Below are positions 5,041 through 11,062 of a DNA stretch of 11,144 nt, piece by piece (position 1 is the first letter of the stretch; each line of letters begins with the position of its first letter). Source of the stretch: a virus; the IMG/VR virus record IMGVR_UViG_3300027863_000702, positions 1-11,144 of that record; one strand, 5' to 3'. Under the pieces are notes generated by a model that had not been told where the DNA came from, made no database searches, and saw nothing but the letters and a program-made list of their open reading frames with translations. The position numbers were made by a program, and so were the translations under genes.

Positions 5041-5098
5041 AAGGAGCGGAGCGAAGCGGAGCGACGAAGCAAGGGGGGGAAGGAAAGGATAGGGGGGT
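5041..5098 (+). repeat. Purine-rich block with a tandem 10-mer AGCGGAGCGA x2 (5045-5064), a G7 tract (5073-5079) and a G6 tract (5092-5097)
   Basis: Read directly: AAGGAGCGGAGCGAAGCGGAGCGACGAAGCAAGGGGGGGAAGGAAAGGATAGGGGGG. Apart from its C residues, the + strand contains only a single pyrimidine (one T). Confidence 0.8.
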
Positions 5099-5134
5099 CC
5101 TCACGGACAAATTTTTTAAAAATAAAAACAAAAA

Positions 5135-5150
5135 GTATAAATACACGCAC
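5135..5150 (+). promoter_or_regulatory. Class-B TATA promoter (GTATAAATACACGCAC) for the HNH-terminase-portal operon
   Basis: TATAAATA ends 29 nt upstream of the ATG at 5173. It shares TATAAATACA plus an alternating CA/CG tract with the divergent promoter at 4445. The spacing is slightly longer than in class A, implying a short leader. Confidence 0.45.
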
Positions 5151-5172
5151 ATATTAAATAAATAAACCAAAA

Positions 5173-5526
5173 ATGAAAGAAAAAAGAGACGACATAACAC
5201 CAGATTACAGAATTAGACGAGAATTAAGAATGCTGTGGCTAAAATCACGAGAAAGAAGCGCAGCATTAAAAAGAGCTAAATATTGCTGTGAAATCTGCGG
5301 CGTTAAAAGAAGCGAAGCAAAAGGAAAAGAACAACCTATAGAAGTACATCATAAAGAAGGAATTGAAAATTGGGACAAAGTGATAAAAACAATAAGAGAA
5401 GAGATATTATGCGAACCAGAGAAGTTAATTTGCGTATGCCCAAGATGTCATCAAAAACTTCATAACAAAAAGCTAACTTATGAGGACTTAATAAAAAATG
5501 AAGGCAATAAGGAACAGGTTTTGTAA
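5173..5526 (+). CDS. HNH endonuclease (117 aa), packaging-associated
   Basis: CCEICG ... IEVHHKEG ... CVCPRCHQKLHN gives two CxxC pairs flanking the HH / H..LH beta-beta-alpha-metal core. It lies directly upstream of the large terminase, as in cos-type HK97-like phages. Confidence 0.85.
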   Translation: MKEKRDDITPDYRIRRELRMLWLKSRERSAALKRAKYCCEICGVKRSEAKGKEQPIEVHHKEGIENWDKVIKTIREEILCEPEKLICVCPRCHQKLHNKKLTYEDLIKNEGNKEQVL

Positions 5527-5629
5527 AAGATGCGGTAAAATATTCCAAGCAAGAACAAAATATAGCTATATATGCCCTAATTGCCAAAAACCAAGAGGTT
5601 ATACAGCGTGGAAAAAAAATAAAAAATGA
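5498..5629 (+). CDS. Zinc-ribbon miniprotein A, 43 aa (CxxC-N12-CxxC), between HNH and TerL. Possible DNA-recognition (small-terminase-like) factor (not in ORF track).
   Basis: Hand translation, verified codon by codon: MKAIRNRFCKRCGKIFQARTKYSYICPNCQKPRGYTAWKKNKK. GAGGA lies upstream. The start overlaps the HNH 3' end by 29 nt. The stop TGA overlaps the TerL ATG (ATGA at 5626-5629). Confidence 0.6.
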   Translation: MKAIRNRFCKRCGKIFQARTKYSYICPNCQKPRGYTAWKKNKK

Positions 5630-6906
5630 TTGGGAACATTAAACTTGATGATTGGCAAGAAAAAATTGTTAATTTAGGATTAACAGGCAATAAAAACATA
5701 GCAATAAGAGCAGGGCGGCAGGTTGGAAAATCAACAGCCATAGCGGTTTTAGCTGGAGAATTTGCGGTTAAAAACGAAGATAAGGTTATAATGATTATTT
5801 CAGCTGTAGAGAGGCAAGCCTTTTTGCTTTTTGAGAAGGTTTTAGAGTTTATTGACGATAGATATAGCCAGATGGTTACATGGGGAAAGAATAAGCCGAC
5901 CAAAAGCCAGCTAACCTTAAAAAACGGCTCAAGAATATATTGTTTGCCGACAGGATTAGACGGCTACGGAATAAGAGGCTATACAATAGACCTTCTTATA
6001 GCTGATGAAGCAGCGTATATAAACGATGATGTTTTTAATGCCATAACGCCTTCTTTAGCAGCCAGAAAAAACGCGAAAATTGTTCTTTTATCAACGCCGT
6101 TCGGCAGAGAGGGCTATTTTGCAAGAGCATTTAACGACCCAACTTTTGAAACATTTCACATAACAAGCGAAGAATGCAGCAGAATTAACAAGGAATTTTT
6201 AGAGCAAGAAAAAAAGAGAATGACGAAAAGGCAATATATGCAGGAATATTTAGGAGAGTTTATAGATGAATTATTGCAGTGGTTTCCAGATCAGCTTATA
6301 AAAGAATGCATGAAACGAAAGCGACCAGAAAAAATAAACAAAAATGAAAATTACTTTTTAGGGGTTGATTTGGCCAGAATGGGCAAAGATGAGACAACCT
6401 TCGAAATTGGATTTTTAGCAGAAAATAAGAGAATAATCCAAGTTGAGAACCTTATAACGAGGAGGACAAGATTAAACGAAAGCGCAAAAATGATTTTAGA
6501 GCTTGATAAGATTTATAACTTTAGGAAAATATACATAGATGATGAAGGAATAGGAGTTGGAGTTTATGATTTCCTTTTGGAAAATGAACAAGTTAGAAGA
6601 AAGTTAACAGCCATTAATAATTCTAAACGTGTTTTGGACTTGGAGGGAACATCAAGAGTTAAAATCTTGAAAGAGGACCTATATAATAATCTTTTAAGGC
6701 TTATGGAAACAGGACAAATAGAACTTTTAGATGACCCTGAAATATTTCAAAGCCTGAAAAGCGTTCAATATGACTATACAACGGACAGCTTAGGGAGAAG
6801 TCACCTTAAGATATTTGGTAATTACACACACATCGCAGAAGGGCTTATAAGATTGGGTTGGTGTATTAAAGAAAAAGGTTTAAATATTTGGGTTAAGTCA
6901 ATATAG
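5626..6906 (+). CDS. terL: Terminase large subunit (426 aa)
   Basis: Walker A is AGRQVGKST. Walker B is IDLLIADEAAY. The coupling motif is LLSTPFG. The C-terminal RNase-H-like nuclease shows acidic motifs FLGVDLARMGKDETT and IYIDDEGIGVG. Confidence 0.9.
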   Translation: MIGNIKLDDWQEKIVNLGLTGNKNIAIRAGRQVGKSTAIAVLAGEFAVKNEDKVIMIISAVERQAFLLFEKVLEFIDDRYSQMVTWGKNKPTKSQLTLKNGSRIYCLPTGLDGYGIRGYTIDLLIADEAAYINDDVFNAITPSLAARKNAKIVLLSTPFGREGYFARAFNDPTFETFHITSEECSRINKEFLEQEKKRMTKRQYMQEYLGEFIDELLQWFPDQLIKECMKRKRPEKINKNENYFLGVDLARMGKDETTFEIGFLAENKRIIQVENLITRRTRLNESAKMILELDKIYNFRKIYIDDEGIGVGVYDFLLENEQVRRKLTAINNSKRVLDLEGTSRVKILKEDLYNNLLRLMETGQIELLDDPEIFQSLKSVQYDYTTDSLGRSHLKIFGNYTHIAEGLIRLGWCIKEKGLNIWVKSI

Positions 6907-6907
6907 T

Positions 6908-7270
6908 ATGACTGAAACCTTATGCGACAGCGGAGCAGTTAAGATAAAAGCAGGAGCAAATGCCGCAACATTAACCGCTGCGCAATACACGGACATCATA
7001 AACAGGGCTGAAGGCTTTGTATGTGCAGCCGCAAGATACGACTTTATAACAAATTACAGCAATATATCCACTATAGGGAAGAATTTTTTAAAAGACGTTA
7101 CGAGCTCTAAAGCGGCCATAGAGGTTATAAATTATGACATGTCAGGCTTTACATCACGAACTGAGGCGCAGGTTATGCTTGATGTTAATTACAATATATT
7201 AGTTGACGGAATAAACTTATTAAGAGACGAGAAATTTAGAAGCTTTATAATAAGCGGAGAGGTGGCATAA
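6908..7270 (+). CDS. Hypothetical structural protein (120 aa), possibly a gp6-like head-tail adaptor/connector
   Basis: The start is 1 nt after the TerL stop and the stop overlaps the next ATG (TAATG). The size and the AQYTDIINRAEGFV...Y segment are loosely reminiscent of head-tail connector proteins. The functional call is weak. Confidence 0.5.
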   Translation: MTETLCDSGAVKIKAGANAATLTAAQYTDIINRAEGFVCAAARYDFITNYSNISTIGKNFLKDVTSSKAAIEVINYDMSGFTSRTEAQVMLDVNYNILVDGINLLRDEKFRSFIISGEVA

Positions 7271-7920
7271 TGGCTGATTTGATGAAAAAAAAGAGCTTTT
7301 TAAGAAGCGGAGAAGGCGCAATAGCGAGCTATAACTATGAAGACATAGCTTCAGGCAGCGGAGTTATTGTTTTTTACGCTTTAGAAGCGAGTACATCAAC
7401 AAACGGCTCAAACGAGCAAGCAAAATATTTTTTAACAACTGAGAGAATTAAATCTAAAGACTATTACACGCAGTATACAATACCGGGCGGAAATTGGTGT
7501 AAATTTTGCGAATTTTCATTTGATAGTTTGCCTTTTAATACAAAAAGAATTTTAAACGGAAGGTGTTATTTTTCGCCATTGTTCAAAATTGATACCAATG
7601 AGTTAAGTGTTTATGCAACTATTACTCTTATAAAATATTCTAATTCAACAGAGGAAATTTTAGGAAGTGTTCAAAGCGGAGTAATAGCAGGGGGGGGCAA
7701 GTATAAAAGGCCTACAACTTATTTAGACATTTCAAATGTAGTTTTTAAAAAAGGGGATCTATTAAGAATAAAATTTGAAGGGTATGGCCACTATGGTGGC
7801 GGGTCGGCTTCTGCATGGTTTTATTATGATGGATACGGCAGAGGATTACCGGCAGATATAGAAGGAAACACAGAAACAGCAGACAGCATATTTTACATAC
7901 CTTTTAAAATAGATGTATAA
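7270..7920 (+). CDS. Beta-rich hypothetical virion protein (216 aa). Candidate vertex/tail-stub or receptor-binding protein.
   Basis: GAGGTGG SD. Aromatic/Gly-rich beta-type composition with no recognisable family. It sits between TerL and portal and contains a G8 homopolymer at 7690-7697. Confidence 0.55.
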   Translation: MADLMKKKSFLRSGEGAIASYNYEDIASGSGVIVFYALEASTSTNGSNEQAKYFLTTERIKSKDYYTQYTIPGGNWCKFCEFSFDSLPFNTKRILNGRCYFSPLFKIDTNELSVYATITLIKYSNSTEEILGSVQSGVIAGGGKYKRPTTYLDISNVVFKKGDLLRIKFEGYGHYGGGSASAWFYYDGYGRGLPADIEGNTETADSIFYIPFKIDV

Positions 7921-7926
7921 AACAAA

Positions 7927-9012
7927 ATGACAGAATTAGATGTAACAAAAGCAAGCGCAACAAACATTTATAGCGGAAGCGATTGGAATATTGAGGAATA
8001 CGAGACAGAGGCGCAGAGTTTAGAGCATGGCGAAGCCGACGAGGTCGTTGTAACATTCCCTAAGGCAGCCGAATATTTTGGGTATTATAAAAAGTATGGC
8101 CAGTTAAAGAAGGCTATTGACACACTCTGGTTGTATGTTGTGGGAAAAGGTTATGAAGTAGACCCTGAAACTAAAGTGATTTTAGAGCATATAACTGGAT
8201 TTGGGGAGGACACTTTTGTATCGATTTTGTGGAATATGGGGGTGGTGTCAATGATACAGGGCGACGCCTTCGCTGAAATTGTGAGAGATGACAAAACAGG
8301 AAAACTCATAAATTTAAAGCCTATAAGTCCAGAAAGAATGAGAATAATTTATGGCTCTAACGGACTTATAAAAAGATATGAGCAGGTTACCAAAGACAAA
8401 ATAATAAAATGGAACAAAGAAGAAATATTTCACATAAGAAACGACGCAATAGCTGATGAACAAAGAGGAACTTCAGTTATTGAAAGCTGTAAATGGGTTA
8501 TTGACGCCATAGAGGAAGCAAGGAGAGATTATAGGATAGTTCTACATAGAAACGTCGTACCTTTGAGAATTATTGAGATTGATACGGACGACACGGCAAA
8601 AAGAAATAGCTTGATGCAGGAATACAAAGATGCCATACAAAAAGGTGAGGTTTTAGTTATTCCAAAGGGAACCGTTCAAGTAACAGAAACGGCAATAAAT
8701 GTTCAAGACCCTTTAGGTTGGATACAGAGTTTAGAGAATTACTTTTATTTGGCTGTAGGCATACCGAAAACAATAGCCAACCCTGAAGGAGTAAGCGAGG
8801 GAACCTCTAAAATAGGTTATCTGATTTTTGAGCCAATTTATAGCTTCAGGCAGACTTTAATGGAAGCTGATATTTGGAACCAGCTTTATTTCAGGATTAA
8901 ATTCAACAGGCCGGCCTCTTTAGTGGACAACATAACAACTAATGAGGCAAAAAATACCAGTCAATTAGGCTTCCAACCTAAGGACCTATATGTAAATTTA
9001 AACAGGGAGTAA
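7927..9012 (+). CDS. Portal protein (361 aa)
   Basis: The size and position are in the packaging operon. The segment GEDTFVSILWNMGVVSMIQGDAFAEIVRDDKTGKLINLKPISPERMRIIYGSNGLIKRYEQ resembles the conserved N-terminal region of HK97/SPP1-type portals. An acidic-rich central helix region follows. Confidence 0.75.
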   Translation: MTELDVTKASATNIYSGSDWNIEEYETEAQSLEHGEADEVVVTFPKAAEYFGYYKKYGQLKKAIDTLWLYVVGKGYEVDPETKVILEHITGFGEDTFVSILWNMGVVSMIQGDAFAEIVRDDKTGKLINLKPISPERMRIIYGSNGLIKRYEQVTKDKIIKWNKEEIFHIRNDAIADEQRGTSVIESCKWVIDAIEEARRDYRIVLHRNVVPLRIIEIDTDDTAKRNSLMQEYKDAIQKGEVLVIPKGTVQVTETAINVQDPLGWIQSLENYFYLAVGIPKTIANPEGVSEGTSKIGYLIFEPIYSFRQTLMEADIWNQLYFRIKFNRPASLVDNITTNEAKNTSQLGFQPKDLYVNLNRE

Positions 9013-9016
9013 AAAA

Positions 9017-10159
9017 ATGGCTTTATCAAAAAAGAAAAAACAAACAACCGCAACAGACCAACAGCAACAGCCTCAGCAGCAACCGCAAATAGCCTTTATA
9101 GGTAAAGAAATGCCAGCGTGGCAAAAGGCGCAGCAACAGCAACAGCAGCCACAACAGCCGCAAGCAGTTATAGGCGCAGGCCAGCCTGCAAACCTGCAAC
9201 AATTAAGCGAACTTTATAGCAATTACTTAAATCAACAGAAAGAACAGCAAAAACCAAAATATCTACAAAAAGGCGGTTATGTTGACAGCTCAACAGGAGA
9301 ATATATTCCACCTAAAAATATAACAAAAGTGAAGTTTAACGATGACGGAACAATAGATTACACGCCAAAAGGGACTGATGAAACAATTAGGTTGACAAAA
9401 GAGGAATACGGGGCATTAATTGGAGATAAAGGAGAAACAAAAACAACCGACAAAGTCTTAAAAATTAAATATCTTGAAAGCCCAGAATATCAGCAAGATT
9501 TGCTAAACCAACAACAGCAACAGGAGAAGGAAAGATATTTAAATGCCCTAAAAAGCCAGCAACAAATAAAACCTGAAATGCTTGATTTGTTGGCTGCAGA
9601 GAAAGGATTAGAGTTAAAAGACAATGTTGTTCAAAAGGTCACTTCTGTAGGCGCAGGTATAGGCGGAGCCATGGCGGGCGCTAAAACAGGGGCAACTATT
9701 GGGTCTGTTATAGGGCCAGAGGGGGCAGCTGTTGGGGGGGTTATAGGTGGTGTTGTTGGTGGTGTCGCAGGCTTTATTGTAAAGACGGGATTTGACCAAA
9801 GACAAAACACCAAAAATTCCTTTAAAGTTTATTCAGCCGCAAAACAAAACCAAAATTTCATATTATCTCAGGTGAGACAAGGGACAATCTCACCAGAACA
9901 AGCTCAGCAATTATGGGACGAACAGAAAATTAACCTTCTTATTGCAGAGAGAAATTTAAAGAAGTTAACTCAAACAGACTTAGACAAATTTTTATCTAAT
10001 GCAGGCGACGAGCTTATAACAATAGAAACCTACATGCAAAGACAGCCTTATATGGACGATATCTTTGCGCAAGAATTAGCAGGCATTCCAGCTAAAAACC
10101 CAAATAATATTTACCCAGAACTAAATTATGTAGATTTAGACGACTATGAGCCAGAATAA
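9017..10159 (+). CDS. Poly-Q / glycine-zipper protein (380 aa). Candidate internal virion, ejection or membrane-inserting protein.
   Basis: GGGAG SD. There are three Q-rich tracts (QQQQPQQQPQ, QQQQQQPQQPQ, QQQQQE). A roughly 50-aa GxxxG-rich hydrophobic segment reads VGAGIGGAMAGAKTGATIGSVIGPEGAAVGGVIGGVVGGVAGFIV. The C-terminus is helical. Confidence 0.7.
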   Translation: MALSKKKKQTTATDQQQQPQQQPQIAFIGKEMPAWQKAQQQQQQPQQPQAVIGAGQPANLQQLSELYSNYLNQQKEQQKPKYLQKGGYVDSSTGEYIPPKNITKVKFNDDGTIDYTPKGTDETIRLTKEEYGALIGDKGETKTTDKVLKIKYLESPEYQQDLLNQQQQQEKERYLNALKSQQQIKPEMLDLLAAEKGLELKDNVVQKVTSVGAGIGGAMAGAKTGATIGSVIGPEGAAVGGVIGGVVGGVAGFIVKTGFDQRQNTKNSFKVYSAAKQNQNFILSQVRQGTISPEQAQQLWDEQKINLLIAERNLKKLTQTDLDKFLSNAGDELITIETYMQRQPYMDDIFAQELAGIPAKNPNNIYPELNYVDLDDYEPE

Positions 10160-10388
10160 AGATTTACACTTTTTATTGATTGTTTTGAGAAATAGCCTCA
10201 TATTAGGCGGTTTATATTTTGTTTCTGTTTTTGCGACGATGGAACTCTCTTATGAAACCTGCAAGCCAGTAATTATTTTTATTTTATCTTACATCTTCAC
10301 AGAATTAGCCAGACATTATAAGTTAAGCCTCAGGACAACAGAACCGAAAGATATAAAAAGACACACAACCTTATTTTACTATGGCTGA
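10146..10388 (+). CDS. Small membrane protein with two predicted TM helices (80 aa), possibly holin-like
   Basis: Hydrophobic stretches LHFLLIVLRNSLILGGLYFVSVFA and PVIIFILSYIFTELA are followed by a basic C-tail. It overlaps the preceding gene by 14 nt. Confidence 0.5.
   Translation: MSQNKDLHFLLIVLRNSLILGGLYFVSVFATMELSYETCKPVIIFILSYIFTELARHYKLSLRTTEPKDIKRHTTLFYYG
10343..10359 (+). promoter_or_regulatory. Class-A BRE/TATA promoter (ACCGAAAGATATAAAAA), internal to the 3' end of CDS 10146-10388
   Basis: ACCGAAA starts exactly 38 nt upstream of the ATG at 10381. It is followed by ACACACA, like the other promoters. Confidence 0.55.
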
Positions 10389-10644
10389 TGAGAAAAAGCA
10401 AGAGGAAAAACCTATAGAAAACGAAAGGCCTGATTTAATAAATGATGCTTTAATAGCCGCAGAGACTTTAAAAAGAGAAAATGAGAGAATGGAGCAGAAC
10501 ATTAAACAGCTTCAGGAATTAAAGGCATGGGAAATGTTAGGGGGAAAAAGCAGGGGAAAAGAGCCAGAGGAAAAGCCTCAGGAAATAGACCATAAAACTT
10601 ATGCGGAACTTCTTTTAAAAGGAATAATTCCACAGAAAACTTAA
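10381..10644 (+). CDS. Scaffolding-like protein (87 aa, highly charged, coiled coil)
   Basis: E/K-rich helical sequence (ETLKRENERMEQNIKQLQELKAWE). It lies upstream of the decoration and MCP genes once the circle is closed. The MCP lacks a delta domain, so a separate scaffold is expected. Confidence 0.5.
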   Translation: MADEKKQEEKPIENERPDLINDALIAAETLKRENERMEQNIKQLQELKAWEMLGGKSRGKEPEEKPQEIDHKTYAELLLKGIIPQKT

Positions 10645-10645
10645 A

Positions 10646-11062
10646 ATGGAGTTATATGTTATTGCCGGCGGACAGATGGATAGCCTTAACCGATGGCAAC
10701 AAGACTTAAATTCTGTTTTTTTGCCCATTTATAAAAACGGAAAAAAGGTAAAATATGAGGAAGGTGGATTAACGCATAGGCGGTTATTGGTTGCTCCTGT
10801 TCAGCTGTTCAAAATATGCTTCCCTAAAGAAGAGCTTGAAAATGTGATGTCTATGGTTTGCCCGACGGATTATATAGAAAAAAAATATAGTGTAATAAGA
10901 AAAAGCATAATGTTTTTAAGGAAAATTTTGCGCCTAAAAAAAGCTCCAGAACCTAAATATTTAAATCCTTTTCTACAGCCTAATCAAGTAGATAAAGCTG
11001 TTTTTGTTGTACCTATAGGATTAAAAGATGATGATTTTGTTGATGGATATGAACAGATTTAA
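10646..11062 (+). CDS. Hypothetical protein (138 aa), head-module position. The last 45 nt are duplicated at 1-45.
   Basis: The open frame starts 1 nt after the previous stop. I recognise no family. Confidence 0.55.
   Translation: MELYVIAGGQMDSLNRWQQDLNSVFLPIYKNGKKVKYEEGGLTHRRLLVAPVQLFKICFPKEELENVMSMVCPTDYIEKKYSVIRKSIMFLRKILRLKKAPEPKYLNPFLQPNQVDKAVFVVPIGLKDDDFVDGYEQI

Larger units (their letters stand above)
1..11017. mobile_element. One complete circular genome unit (11,017 bp) of a small HK97-lineage virus or capsid-forming satellite, probably of an archaeal host
   Basis: An exact 127-nt direct repeat sits at both window ends. ORF 10646-11062 runs into the repeat and is continued by bases 1-45. 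The packaging/head gene set is coherent (HNH, TerL, portal, scaffold-like, decoration, MCP). No flanking host genes are present. Confidence 0.85.

Noticed and set aside
5150-5168. TTAAATAAATAAA as an alternative TATA box for the HNH gene
   Set aside because: It lies only about 5-11 nt from the ATG, which is too close for archaeal TATA-to-start spacing. The upstream GTATAAATACA matches the divergent class-B promoter.
5336-5903. Minus-strand ORFs 5336-5587 and 5577-5903
   Set aside because: They are antisense to the HNH, zinc-ribbon and TerL genes, whose catalytic motifs are unambiguous.
9614-9813. Two minus-strand ORFs (63 and 60 aa) opposite the glycine-zipper region
   Set aside because: The Pro/Thr-rich translations are the reverse-complement artefact of GGN-rich glycine codons.
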